A DNA stretch of 64,000 bases from Epiperipatus broadwayi (GCA_028023455.1 JAQFVV010000010.1:10850001-10914000); one strand, 5' to 3'. Positions 25,834 through 39,989 are shown, numbered from the stretch's first letter. Numbers and translations are program-made. Notes: a model not told the origin generated them from the sequence alone.

Positions 25834-26640
25834 ATCATCATCATCATCATCATCAACCATTATCAATCCACTGCAGGATAAAGGTCTCTCCAAGTTTAAT
25901 CCATCTTCTCTGATCTTTAGCCTCCCTTTTCCACAACACTCCTGCACACTTTCTTATTTCATCCATCCTTCTCACATGTGGTCTCTTTCTGGGTCTTTTA
26001 CAATCTCTTGGAATCCAGTTTAAAATTTCAATTGTCCATCTATTATCATTTCTTCTAGCAATATGTCCAGCCCAACTCCATTTCAATCTTTTAATTTTTT
26101 CAATAAGGTCAGTAACACCTGTTTGTTGTCTTACCCATACATTGCGTTTTCGATCTCTTCTTGTTACTCCCAACATACTTCTCTCCATACTCCTTTGAGT
26201 GGTCTGAAGTCTCTGTATTGCTCTTCTATTAAGTGTCCAAGTCTCAGATCCATAAGTAAGAACTGGTAAAACACATTTGTTAAAAATCATTCTTTTCAAA
26301 CACATAGGCATATTTCCTTTTAGTATCAAGTTATTTCTACCAAAAGCACTCCAACCAAGTTTAATTGATTAATTTCCTCCATTATGTTTCCATCTGTATT
26401 AATAATCTGACCTAGGTATTTGTAACTGTTAACTTCTTCTAATTCTTCATAATCAATCTTTATTAGTCTTTTTAACATTTATCTTTAGTCCTACTTTTCT
26501 ACTTTCATCTGCTAACTCCTGCAACATTTCCTGCAGCTCTGAAGCATTATTTGCAAAAACAACTACATCATCTGCAAAATCTAAATGACTTGAATACTCT
26601 CCATTTACTTTCATTCCTTTAGTTTCCCATTTTAATCCAC
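25834..26640 (-). mobile_element. 5'-truncated RTE-clade LINE (C-terminal RT region)
   Basis: HLDFADDVVV, LTYGSETWTLN, WSWAGHIAR, RPRKRP...QWIDNG*; (ATC)n tail; same family as 31440-34550. Confidence 0.95.
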
Positions 26641-27558
26641 AAAATGCTATATTATATTGTGGTAGTAAGAAAATTAACATGACTAAATTATATTAGTAAA
26701 GAATAATGATTACATTACTGGTTTAGTGTCATGATTTCTAGGTCTACTTTTAGACAGAGAACTTAACGTATATAAATTATATTTCATATTATCATAGGCA
26801 TAAAAGATTAATATTTTTAAAAAGTATGCATTATTAAGAATATTATATATATTGTCACAATTAATACAGGAATATGATGGCAGTATGAGGTCATAATAAT
26901 CAGAATCTTCACTAACTTAAATGACTGAAGAAGAAATAAAGGGAGTCAGAAAATATTGCTTGTATGGGAAATAGTACTTAGTCTTTGATGAACAAATATC
27001 ATAGCCACAAGCCAAGTAGGAAATACTTTTGATTAAGCATTGTTTATTTGTTATTCACAATTAATCTTTACATCTGAAGGTCATCATTATTCACTATCTG
27101 TGAAATCATCTGTAGCCTGAACATACTCTCAACATTTTTTTTTTTTTTGCATTTTGTGTTTATGCAACACAAGTAGATAAGCATTTATTAATTATAAGCA
27201 CAACATTTCTAGTTCAAATTCCTTGTTTTTATTTTCCCTTTTTTAGGTCGAGCTCTAGAAAATTAAGAAAGGAATAATAGCAGCCTGTTTAGTGGGATGA
27301 CAGTTCTTAGTTATAATCTTTGCTTGAGGAAATACAATCGGTAATAAGTTGGTTTGCAATTGGATTTGAGATTGGCATTTCATTTAACAAATATTGTATG
27401 TTTAGGAAATCTTATTTAGGAACTCACCTGACTATCATGGAAATGGTAAAAGGTCTAGAAAATATAATCTATAAGTTTTTATCTCATACTCTCTATAATG
27501 ATGTAACCATTAGCAGTGGTAAATCAGGAGGCAGTGGTAATAATAAGAGAAAGTAATC

Positions 27559-27785
27559 AAAGGCAAAATTCTCCATACAGTAGTGCCACCCGGTGCCAAC
27601 CAGAGTAATCAATGGATGCCAGAAGGCTTGTGCATAAAATACCTATCTAGTGCCTACTCATCCAATATCCCCAGACTAGTTTCTGGCTTGTAGCCATCAT
27701 CAGTGAGGGTGGCAGTACTGTATGGAGAGTTTTGCCTTTGTTTTCAACAATTATGTGCTAGTATGAGATGGTGATCATGTGATGT
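27559..27785. mobile_element. Family B HHR element, fold-back locus 1
   Basis: Homologous to 37216-37462 and 44021-44528; 27559-27591 is the inverted repeat of 27707-27739. Confidence 0.85.
27669..27708 (-). ncRNA. Type I hammerhead ribozyme, core intact (family B)
   Basis: CCTCA CTGATGA TGGC tacaa GCCA GAAA C ta G TC TGGGG; palindromic stem III ACTAGT; stem II closes with U-A rather than the usual G-C. Confidence 0.8.
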
Positions 27786-28499
27786 TTAGTGGTTTAAGAG
27801 AAAGTAATGTGTAAACTTTACTTGATACAAATTTTCTAAGAACAGAGTGTAGCACTATTTATCTTCCAAAGGAAATTCATTACAACAGGTAGATAGCTAT
27901 AAGTTTTTATGGAAGTATACATCCATAAATGAAAGGAGAAAGTATGCCATTGAATTTACTGGAAATACTAATTTAGTATCTTCTATTTTTTGAATTCCTC
28001 ATTGTTTCAATGAAGGAATAATAGTGTTAAAATTTAGCCTATACCACTAAACTTGGCTTGTACAATGGTACCTATGATAAATATCTTTGTCAAAATGTGC
28101 GCAAATAAATGTAAATAAGTATTCATTGTTTAGACTATTTAGTTAAATACAAATTTATTTAGATGTTCAGAACATAAATTCATGTCATATATAAGATCAT
28201 GCTATAAGGAATAAATAAACATAGAAAATGCATTTAAATTGAGTTTTGATATAATTCAGTTTTATTTTTTATTCTTGTTGATTCAATGTCCCCTGAATTC
28301 TGGTTTTGTGAGCCACTGTCTATAGTACTAAGCATAGAGTTGACCCTGATTATAATCTGAAATTGTTAACAAAACTAAATGAAATTGATGAAAAAGGGAA
28401 CTTTCTAGATATAATATTATGTTGATATAAATGATCCGATTATGCATAAATGTATTTGCCATAATTTAATCTAAAATACTGTTGGATATTGTATTTAAA

Positions 28500-29010
28500 G
28501 TATATTTTCAAACTTTTTTGTTTTTTATCAGTATATTCTTCATCTCAACAGTTGCAATACAATCAGCATAAGAAATGAAATCACCATCCTTCACTATGCA
28601 TGCATTTCATGTCTTACTTATCAAATGAGCTAGAAGTAGCAAGTACCCAAATCTTCATGCCTATTTTGACATCAAAACATTTCCCTTACACCAATCTTGT
28701 ACATTCTTTATTATACCACTTCCACATAGTGACTGATTTTTACTCTCTTTTAATATCTTTTGTAAGAATGTAGATATAGATTGTCAAGGTTTTTAAAATA
28801 TTTTTTATTAGTGTGTTTCTCATCTCAATTCTGTTATATATCACAAGCATCCATCAATGCAGAAAGTTAAACCAACTGCTTTCTCTTTGCATGAATTTTG
28901 CAAATAATCTTCACTTGTCAGATGATCTAAAGGTATCAATCACCTAAATCTTTACTCTTGTGTTACCAATTGAGTATTTCTTCATTACATCTTTTTCATG
29001 CAATGTAGAG
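28500..29010 (-). pseudogene. Decayed Tigger/pogo (CENP-B HTH) transposase fragment
   Basis: Minus-strand KKDVMKKYSIGN, LDNLYL and SYAD remnants resemble the pogo N-terminus; many stops. Confidence 0.4.
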
Positions 29011-29378
29011 TAGATTCTAAATACTTTTTACACTTTGCAAAAGTATGAACAATCAATGAACTATAGATATATATTTTCAAGGTTTATATTTATTCAACAC
29101 ACATCATTTAACTGTAAATTAATATAACTGCTTAATGTGGGATTCCTTTCTCTGTAAATACAGCATAGACTGAATTAGTTGAGATAGCCATTGTTATCTC
29201 ATGCTAGGAAGTTATGATGAATTGGAATAGATGAATCTTGAATTCACTGAAATTCTGATATTAAACAAATAAATACAACAATCATCAATTTAAAAAAAAT
29301 TAATAAGAATCAACTATATTGTGCACTAAAATCAATCAATATTTCCAACATTTTCTACAAAAATAAATTAAATAAATC

Positions 29379-29421
29379 AATAATAATAATAATAATGACA
29401 ATGATAATGATGATGATGATG

Positions 29422-29515
<94 letters not shown>
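29379..29515. repeat. (TAA)n/(TGA)n microsatellite
   Basis: Directly visible. Confidence 0.98.
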
Positions 29516-29518
<3 letters not shown>

Positions 29519-31257
29519 TCTGATTAAAACAAGCAATTTCAAAGAAATGTAAATTTCTATATAAATAGAAAAGTTATAATATATAGTAGTTTGTGAACCA
29601 GAAAAAAAGGAAAATATATATAATTTAACAAACCAATTACTCCACTTTTTCACATTCAGAACAATAAAGGCAATAATGATGAACGTGGAAAACAAGTATA
29701 ATAACTTAAGTAATATCCGACTAATTTTTTAAAGAGATTACCTCTTAAACTTTTTATTTTATAGTTCTTTTTTATATATAACATGCATTTCATTCTAATA
29801 AAGGATAGAGTTCATTTTACAGTTTTTTTATTAATAGTGCATAATTATATTACAAGTAAACTATTAAAATTACAAACTTCATATTTTTAACTTATGGTAT
29901 TACTGTTAATGCTTGTTTTTTTTTTTAATTTTATATATATTTAAAATCTGGAATCATGTTAAAGTTATTGCCCGTTTTAGGAAGTTGAAATTGATATGGA
30001 TCTTCTATATTCATGCCAACCCTTTTTCAAACAAATAAATAGAAAAGATAAAGTGTTTTTTAAATAGTTTAATATAAGGAAAAGTTATAGTTAATAGACT
30101 CTCATAGAACACTACTGAAGTAGAAGGCATTTACTTACCAGTCTTGAGAATTGTTAGATAATGTCAATTTAATGAATAATAATCGTAATGGGTTAGGTAG
30201 TTTCGGTGACTGTTTGAAAAAAAAAATCCTAAACCTGATTGGCAAAATGCAATAAATTGTAATAGAATTTTGTTTTGACTAAAGCAATCTTAACCAAAAT
30301 AAAAATAATTATTTAAGAATAAAATTATGTTCAATATATTGTGTCAAGAAAAATTAATTAAGTACTCTTGGTTAGACAAAGTAAGAGCAAATACTATAAA
30401 TTTACCAATCTTTAATGTTGAATGATATTAGACTTTGGTGATATACTATGATATTGCAATGTGACCACTATAATTATTTACAATGTAACAATTTTAAGCG
30501 GGGAAATTGCAATAATTTTTAATGCATACTGCATTAAAAATAGTACTTTATTTAAAATAATACTTTATTGGAAATATACTTATAGCAGTAAATTCATAAA
30601 CTTACATTCTGGAAATTCAATCTCTATAACTAGATGTAGTGAAAGTCTTTGTCACTGTAATATTGTATTTACTGACTTGAAGAATTGTTTGTGTCAATAA
30701 TCATACATTTAAGCTCCATAATTTAGTTCATTATTATTTATGAAAAAAGCTTGTGAATCTTAATGACAATTTACTATCTTAGCAGTTACTTAATTTAATC
30801 ACCAGAAATTGATTAGAATAAATTCATCAACCTATCTGAGTAGTCAAAATACTGTGGCTTATATTATCATAATTGAACTGGGAAATTCATTCAATTGCTC
30901 TTGAAAATTCAGTGCTGTTTTAAAAATTGCTCTTGCTTTTTCTCACTTATTGCTAAAGAGTTTTTTTAAATAAGCCAATATTTTCTTGGTATCCAATAAT
31001 ATTTTTTGGAGCATTCTTTATGATAAATTCTGTAAATGAATAATTTAATTATGCATACATGATTTTAAAGATTTTTTTTAATGGAATAAAATCTCATAAG
31101 TTGAGTTGATTAAATTTTATATCATATAATTTTTTGGCAAATAAGATTTATGGATAACAACCAACTACTAATTCAATTAACTGATTTATTTAGCATATAG
31201 ATATTTTTTATTTTTTAGACAACTTTATTATAAACAAAATATAAAGTAACTTATATA

Positions 31258-31436
31258 AATAATCACATAGTAATAACAGCTGCAACGACAAGAATGTATG
31301 GAGTGGACATTAGGAATTTGCCCTGCTCAATTCCTTTGATTCCTCTTGGAGGCATTAAAGGAACCGAGCAGGGAAAATTCCTAATGTCCATTCCATATGT
31401 TCTTGCCATTGTAGCTGTTATTACTATGTGATTATT
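31258..31436. repeat. Long hairpin, about 88-bp arms with a 3-nt loop (TTG, 31346-31348)
   Basis: AATAATCACATAGTAATAACAGC...CCTC ttg GAGG...GCTGTTATTACTATGTGATTATT; mismatches mostly transitions. Confidence 0.92.
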
Positions 31437-31439
31437 CAT

Positions 31440-34400
31440 ATAGTATACTAACATGGATGAGCTGCTCACCAACACACATTAGCCAGCAAGGTGAGTTTAT
31501 TGGCTGTTTACCTCTGAGTTTAAGATCAAGAAACACCATGGTTTTCTCAGTTGTCTGCTAAGGCAGAATGAATGTGTCAATGATAAATATTTTTCCAATA
31601 GATATATACAATCATGACAGACAAAAATAAATCACGGCCCTTATTCCCAGGAGGCTGTAAAGTCTTCAACCAGGGCAGCGGTTGGTGGCCGAAGGTGGAG
31701 GGTGCTAAGAATCCCCTGATTGCAGACCCAGGCTGCCATTTCATGACAACTTTTTACTTAGGTACTTACAACTGCAGATCACTTTCAAGTGAACAAAGAA
31801 CTATCTTATATTAAATGGGATATTATTGGACTTTGTGAAGTTAGAAGAAAAGGTGAAGAGACAATTGATTTAAAAAGTGGACATGTACTCTACTATAAAG
31901 GCACAAGTATTGGAAATACAAGTTGAGTAGGATTGATTATAAATAAAAAATGGAAGAACAACATTGTGGAGATTGATGATGTATCAGACAGAGTGGCAAG
32001 ATTAGTTATACAACTTAATAGCAGATACCAAAATGCAGATAATTCAGGTTTATGCCCCAACAAGTTCTCATAGTGATGAAGTAGTAAAAGATTTTTATAT
32101 GGATGTACAAAAGGCTTTTGATCAGAGTAAACAACATTTTAAAATTGTTATGGGAGACTTTAATGCTAGAATTGGTAAACAAATGAAAGATGAAAGTACT
32201 GTATGTAATTTTGGTTATGGTAATAGAAATAAGAGAGGTGATAGATTTGTGGAGTTTGAAGAAAAAAAAAACTTTATATTATGAATTCTTTTTTTTGAGA
32301 AAAATGTTAAAAGGAAATGGACATGGAAGCATTCAAATGAAGGTACAGCAGAATTGGATTATATTTTGACTAACAGAAAATACATATTTCAAGATTGTAA
32401 TGTTCTTAATAAATTTAACACAGGAAGTGATCTTGATTAGTAAGTTGTAAGATATGTGTTAATGCAAAACTAGAGAGACAAAAATTATTAAGAAAAACAA
32501 TATTTACAGTTGATATTCCTAATCTTCAGAAACACTCTAATGAATTTAAATTAGAACTTACAAATCAGTTTCAGTTATTTGTAGATTTTGAACATGATTT
32601 ATATTTGAATGAAATTAATAAGAAAATAACTGATACACTTCTAAAAACTGCGACAAAAATAGCTGGTAGAAAAAAGCAGCAATTCACCAATAAAATTTCT
32701 ATTTAGTCTAGAGAATTTATGAAGAAAAGAAGGAATATGAAGATATACAAAAATAATGCATTAAAATAGATAGAATACCTCAAATTTTGTAAAATGGTGC
32801 AGAAAATAGTTGAAAATGATATAAGAAAGTATAACTGTGAAATAGCAAGGAAAGCTGTAGAAAAGAATAAAAGTCTTAAGAGTGTAAAACAACATTTTGC
32901 TATTGGTAGGAAATTTATATCTGCAATAAAGAAAAAAGATGGAACTATTACTAAAAAGAGAGATGACATCATGAAATGGGTAGAAGACTTCTATCAAGAA
33001 TTATATAGTAATAAAGAATAAGCACCTCCTATATCTATTATATCTTCTGAATTGCCCAGAATTTTAAATGAAGAAGTGAGACATGCAATTAAATTTATAA
33101 AAAAAGGAAAGGCTCCAGATAATGATGGAATTATAATTGAAATATTAAAGAAAACAGGTGAAGAAATAGATTTTTTTTAGCAAAGTTATATACCAAATGT
33201 CTAAATGATAAAGATGTACCAGATGATTGGAAGAATACAGCATTAATATTAATATTTAAAAAAGGTGATAAAGAAGATATTAGAAATTACAGACCTATCA
33301 GTCTTTTATCAGTTTTATACAAAATTTTTACCAAGATAATTACAACTTGTCTACAGAAAACATTGGATTTCCACCAACCAAGAGAACAAGCTGGACTTAA
33401 AAGTGTTTTTAGTATAGTAGATCATATCTAAGTATTGAGAGAAGTTATAGAAAGGACAAATGAATATGGGTTGCCATTATGCTTTGGCTTTGTAGATTAT
33501 GAAAAGATATTTGATTCTGTAAACATTTCTTCAATGATTAAAGCATTGGATCATCAAGGTATAGATCCAGGACATTGTCATATTTTAAAGAATATTTATA
33601 AAAATGCAATGGCAACAATTGGATTACATAATGATATTAGGAAAGTCAACATTGAGAAGGATGTAAGCAGGGTGACTCCACATCTCCAAAACTTTTTACA
33701 GCAGTGCTTCAAGAAATATTTTGTGGATTAAAATGGGCATCTAAAAGAATGAAAGTAAATGGAGATTATTTAAGTCAGTTAGATTTTGCAGATGGTGTAG
33801 TTGTTTCACAAATAATGCTTTGGAGCTGCAGAGAATGTTGCAGGAGTTATCAGATCAAAGTAGGAATGTAGATCTAAAAATAAGTGTTAAAAAGACTAAA
33901 GTAATGTTCAATGGATTTTCTCAAAATTTGAAAATAAAGATTGATTATGATAAGTTAGAAGAAGTTAACAGCTACAAATACCTTGGTCAGATTATTAATA
34001 CAGATGGAAACATAATGGATGAAATTAATCATAGAATTAAACTTGGTTGGAGTGCTTTTGGTAGAAATAACTTGATACTAAAAGGAAATATGCCTATGTG
34101 TTTGAAAAAAAAGTTTTTTAATAAATGTTTTACCAGTTCTTACTTATGGATCTGAGACTTGGATACTTAATAGAAGAGCAATACAGATACGTCAGACCCC
34201 TCAAAGAGATATGAAGAGATGCATGCTAGGAGTAACAAGAAGAGATCAAAAATGCAATATATGGGTAAAAGAACAAACAGGTGTTATTAACCTCATTGAA
34301 AAAATTAAAAGACTGAAGTGGAGTTAGACTCAACATATTGCTAGAAGAGATAATAGATAGACAATTGAAATCTAAAACTGGATTCCAAGAGTTTGTAAAA

Positions 34401-34550
34401 GACCTAGAAAGAGATCATGTGTGAGATGGATGGAGGAAATAAGAACTTGTGCAGGGGTGATGTGGAGAAGAGAAGCTAAAGATTGGAGAAGATGGTTTGA
34501 ACTTGGAGAGATCTTCATCCTGCAGTGGATTGATAATGGTTGATGATGAT
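31440..34550 (+). mobile_element. Near-full-length RTE-clade LINE
   Basis: 5' UTR, single APE-RT ORF remnant and (TGA)n tail; 5' boundary approximate. Confidence 0.92.
31614..34543 (+). pseudogene. RTE APE endonuclease-reverse transcriptase, multiply frameshifted
   Basis: GTYNCRSL, IIQVYAPT, VMGDFNARIG, NYRPISLL, FVDYEKIFDSV, YKYLGQ and QWIDNG* motifs. Confidence 0.95.
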
Positions 34551-34699
34551 ATAGATTTCAACCAAGTGATACAATTACTAGTGGTTTATTAAGTTCTTCA
34601 ATTTTGCCAATGTACCATAGATTATACAATAATTAATTATAAGATTTGTATTTCTCTACATCTTCATATGTCATTGGTCTCTAACTTCCATTTATAAAA

Positions 34700-37200
34700 A
34701 ATATGAGCACAAGAATCATTGGTTCTCTTGAATCTATTGATAAGACTCCAAATAAGGATCAATTCCAGATGAGTTTATTTTTGAATCTGAAAAAATAAAT
34801 TTCTTTGAAACTCTTTAAGAATTCCATTTTTTTTTGCATATACTGTTTTGATTATAGATTGTGGGTGAGCATCCAAAAAAAAAAGAATATAGATTTGAGA
34901 TAAGTCATTAGATGATGAAACTATATCTTGAATAATTAATAAGCCTGATCTGCTTAACAGTCTTTTGTACATTTTGTAGGAGGTAATGTCTCCTTTGGTA
35001 TTTTATGAAGAAATATGTGAAAGAATTTGAAGCCAATGAAAAATAATAGATTTAATATGGCAATAATATATCTTATGACAACATTTAATTGAATAGCCAG
35101 AAGTTTAGTGTAGGAACTTTTTCTCTCTATACATCATCAGCAAGAATATGCTAATGCTAAGGAATCAATCTTAAGTATTTGTATCACAATATCAAGCAGT
35201 ACCATCCAGCTTTCCAAAGAAGTTATTCATAGAAATTAAACTTAATCTAACTTCAGATAAATGAAAAAAATAAGCTAGCTATGATTCAAAATTTCTGTTT
35301 AAAAAAGGATAGAATTATATTTCTGTCTATTATTATTAAAAGTTATATCAGATTATGAAATATTTCATTGTTGCTTAGTTGGAAAAATGGGTATACTGCT
35401 CTTTATTGTATTATGCCTTTGAAAAAGATGTCCAATCTTTTCATATTTTATTGAAAGAGTAGAAAGGAATTCTTTTGAGATATCAAACAATATCATTAGC
35501 ATAGGTAATTTTTCTGTATTCGGTTTCTGGAAAATCACTAATAAATATATTAAATAATGTAGCTGAGAGAACTGAGCTTTGTGTTAGATTGCTCTATAAA
35601 ATTTGTATCTATTATAAGATTATAATTTATTATCATTTAAAATTTTCTATTAGAGAGCACTTTTCCAAGTAAATTAATAGTTTTTCTGCATTTAAAAATT
35701 TTAAAAACCTTTAGAAGACCACTTTTCCAAACAGAATCCTAAGATGATGTTAGATTAATTAAGGTAGCAGTAGTTTTTAATTTATAGTGAAAGTTTTTTC
35801 CAGAGTGAGATTTTAGTGATAAAACATGTTCACAGTAGCTTCTTCCTGACCTAAACCATGATTTATCAAACAACTTGCAGAAACATATAATGATGATACC
35901 AAGCAATATTTTTTTTTGGTTCATTGCTAGGTTATTTGATTTTAAGATTATTATAGTTTTGTTTTTATACCAAATTTTTTGGAATAATTTTTGTATGAAT
36001 AATGTTAATGAATAATTTTATCATCCATGTTTTAGCTTTAGATATTTTTTTTACAAAATCTGCTATCTACTCCTAGGATCTTTTCCCATTTAAAACAATC
36101 AAGGGCAAGTTCAAATTCTCCAACATCAACAGCATTTACCAAACTAATATTAGAAGAACATTGTAAAAGAGAAACTTATAATTATAATCTAATGACCCTT
36201 TTTCTTATTCTATTATCAGTCTTGGAATTTGATATATAAAATTGACAACCAGAGTAGTAACAAATTTAATAGGTCTTTTAGAAGTATGTCCATATTCACC
36301 ATAACTATGTAAAAGTGATCAGCATTATAATTAGATCTTGATTTCACTTCTCCTGATCTCTCATCATCTTTTTTTGGCAACATCTAATGCTTTTAAAAGT
36401 TTATAAACAATTTTAAATAGGCAGAAATTATTTACAAAAACACTGCTGGATTTATTCTAACCAGGAATGAATTGCTTTTGAAATCCAAAAAATGACTCTT
36501 TGGTATGAGTTATTAAAACCTATCATAACAAAATAAAATTAGAAATATTCTGATAATATTCTGTTCAACATATGTACTTAGTTTTTCTTAAATTTTATTT
36601 CAAAATAGGATAATTTTCATAATAGGAATGTGGATTCCAAAAGTGATTAAACTTGGCTTATGTTGTCTATGGGGGAACTGATTCAATATTAGCAGTTCAG
36701 AAGATAATTATGAATCTTTTTTTCTTGTTGAAACAAACCATAAATAAAATTGTTTCTATTGCTCATCTGCTTGAATAGAATATTTTTTCCTGCTTGACAT
36801 TGCAAAAAAAATATATCTTGATTAAATCCATGCATTGTGAAAATTGTCAATCTGCTTGATTCTCAATTATATATCTCCAAAGTCTATGAGAATTGAAATC
36901 TTCTATAAATACAGAAAATGCAGAAATATCTGTAAGAGAAGAGTAGGACTTAAGTGTTTTGTGAATATTGCATAAGAAAGATTATCTAAATGGCAATTGC
37001 AATATCATTTGAACTATCCTTGGCAGTTGTTTGCTTTAGAAAATGATTTGAATCAAAAATGACCATACAATGTTTATAAAGCATTCTATCATTAATCAAT
37101 TTAAATCAAGATTTTTAAGAAGAAAGGTGTTATTAGAAAATTGATGAGTTTCCTGAAGTAATAGTTAATTTGTAGTTCCATTTTGATATATTTTCAGTGA
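34700..37200 (-). pseudogene. Very decayed hAT-like transposase relic
   Basis: Only scattered motifs (e.g. KESFFGF near 36480-36500); extent uncertain. Confidence 0.3.
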
Positions 37201-37215
37201 TAAGATGAAATAATT

Positions 37216-37462
37216 TTAAAAACAGGCAAAACTCTCCATGTAGTGCCACTCAGTGCAAGCCAGAATAATCAATGGATGCAAGAAGGTTTGTGCATAAAAT
37301 CTCTATCTAGTGTCTACTCATCCAGTATCCTCAGACTAGTTTCTATCTGTGGCTTTCATCAGTGAGGAGCCTTGGATCTTGCACTGAGTGGCACTAATGT
37401 ATGGAGAGTTTTGCCTGTTTTTAACAGCTTGGGCAAGCATAATAAATGGTGATCATGTGATG
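37216..37462. mobile_element. Family B HHR element, fold-back locus 2 (HHR 37329-37367 minus, stem II decayed, stem I perfect CCTCA/TGAGG)
   Basis: 37216-37259 is the inverted repeat of 37378-37423; homologous to the other B loci. Confidence 0.85.
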
Positions 37463-37729
37463 AAGTAATTTTATTGCACTTCCCAGGTGAAGAAATGATG
37501 ACTCTGCAGAAAGCATCAGCACTTTGTGCAATTCAAAAATTTAAGAATTTTACTACTGTAATTCTAGCATGGCTATCTCCATAATATTGCTATTTATGTT
37601 AAAAGTTGTGCATTTTAATAATTTTTGGTTTTTAACCAGGAGTTTATTTAAGTGAAAAATGATTCATAGAATGGAGATAATTCATTTTTAATGCTAATGC
37701 ATGCCACTTGCAGGAAGAGCCACAGGGAG

Positions 37730-39830
37730 ACTGTCATTCATTCACGTCATTTTTCATGGTCTATGAGCAGTTAAGTCAAGTTTATTTTTCAGTAATTAAA
37801 GATTCAAACTAACAGTAATAATTCTGTTTACTGCTTTAATTAATAACTATGCCTTGATATTTTAAGTGTAGAATTATTCTTTAATTTTTCGACAATGCTG
37901 ATCGCTTTTAGATATGGTCATATACCAATTAATAACAAAGAATAAGAATATTTGTTTTCTTAATTTCGATGTAACTTTTTTATTTATTTATTAAAATGAA
38001 TTTATTAGTTAATTACTTTATTCTTGCAACTTTGAACTACTGTGTGAAGTTCAGTTTCACAATCAAAATATTATAACATAAACAAATAAATTTGAATTTG
38101 TCCTATAGGTGTCATGAAAGTAAATTTTATTGTTAAGTTAAACAACAGGGAGGAGAAGTGCAGCTGGCGCTATGCTAAGCCAGTATTTTCTCCAATTCTC
38201 CTCCTTTCATTAAAAAAAGTAATATTTAAGAGTATCTCTTTTATTTAATACATGATTTCATTATTTTTTAATGAAATATTTTATTATTTCTTTATGAAAT
38301 TTTTAAAAAAAATGCATCGGAAAATGTACAAAAGACCATAGTAATGGTAGTCAAATCGAGGCTGATAAAAGCATTATGGAGAGTGCGTTAGAAAAATTGT
38401 CAACTACAAAGACTGCTAATAATCAAGAGAGACAAAAACGTGTCTATAAACCTAGTAAGCCTCGCTCTAAACTTACCGATGAAAGTAAAATGAAATCAAT
38501 GGGTAAACGGATTGCTACTAGAATTTTTATATTGGAAGCTTTTGATAGATGGATGAATATTAAAAAAGCATCGGCATTTAGTGCGGATAATGATGGTCAG
38601 TTTGCTAATCATCTTTTGGATATTCATGACTCTTTTTGTAAAAATTGTCAGAGTAAAACAAATAATAATACCTCAGTTACTAAAATTGAAAGTGATAACG
38701 TTAAAATTGAAACGGATAATGAATCGTCTGATGATGATTTTACACCTATAGTGTCAAACCCAATGGACGAGGAGACATCTTCCAGCACCAAGTATGCTTT
38801 TGTTAAATATGTAGATTTAAATTATACACTTACTTTGTAAGTATGTTATTGAAGTGAAAGATCACTTTCCTATTCTTTCTTTAGTTATAAAACATCTGAA
38901 CAAAACTTTTATTCAGTCAATGTGAAAGATTGTATAAAAATAAGTGAAACTGACTTAATTCTAAAAAAAAAAAGTTTTGTATTTATATTTCGAAGATAAT
39001 TTATAACAATATTGTATTAAATTTAAAATTTTATTCTAATGATTATTTGTATAAAAAATTCGAAATATACAATATATATAAACATCAGTGCAATTATTTG
39101 ATTCGTTAATTTGAGAACTTGCAAGTGCTTTGGTTTTTTCTTCTCTAAAACGTAGAGATAAGGATAAATACATTTGATTCTCCGATGCTTACATTACGAA
39201 ATGTTCTTACTAAATGCTTTTTGTATTTAATTTGATAGATAGTAAAAAAAAAAAAGTAAATATATTAGTAAATATTTATATTTTGGTTTGATTATAATTC
39301 ATTTCTGTAATTAAATTAAATTATATTGACAAGTATATCATGTCAAGTTAATTCAAACTCGACTTATGTGAGATGATAATTGATGAAGATTATTAGGTGC
39401 CGTCAAATTGATTCCTGTACTCTCATACATTTATCAACATAATTCACGAGAATAGTTTATGATTACTTTTATCTGCACAATTTGAAATAATGTTTTGCTA
39501 TTATGACAGACAGTTCAGTTATTGCCAACATCGTACTACTTGGCTGAAAAGAATATATTAATTAACAATATTAATAATTTCATTTATTTCGACTTATGCC
39601 TTTTTCTTATTTAACAACAATAGTAATTATATAAGTAGTGTTGTTGTTTTTTAAAAATTAATTTTCAAATATCAGTATAAAAACAAATTGTAAATTTTAA
39701 ATAATGATATAAAAATTTTTGGCAATTATGTTTGGGAAACAAAATTTAAAACTATTAGTATTTATTTTAAATAAAAATAACACCTATATTGGTAATTTAA
39801 CATCTAGTGAGTAAATAAATATCGGGAATT
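37730..39830. promoter_or_regulatory. CpG-retaining island around the 38376 exon, likely unmethylated promoter region
   Basis: About 25 CpGs counted by eye in 38300-39830 versus very few in flanking DNA. Confidence 0.6.
38376..38836 (+). CDS. Probable first coding exon of a host nuclear protein; N-terminal helical motif resembling that of ZFP91/ZNF692/ZNF653-type zinc-finger proteins, then an acidic linker
   Basis: Uninterrupted 154-aa ORF with TRIFILEAFDRWMNIKK...DGQFANHLLDIH; donor GTAAGT at 38837 (alternative GTATGC at 38792), both phase 2; family resemblance is from memory. Confidence 0.6.
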
Positions 39831-39989
39831 AACTCTAAAATAATTTGATGAGAAGCTTTTTTCATGACTGAATCTGTTGACATTTGACTAACATAGTTAG
39901 TTAAAAGTATAGAACTTAGTCATATTTTTTGTTTAATGGTTTGATTTCTTTTGTATTTGCATCTTTTAACCCAAAGTCTATCTTTCATT

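Noticed and set aside
27247-27340. Exon after a strong polypyrimidine acceptor
   Set aside because: All three frames stop within about 12 codons; could be a terminal or non-coding exon but unsupported
29336-29695. 119-aa poly-Leu ORF
   Set aside because: Antisense translation of the (TAA)n microsatellite
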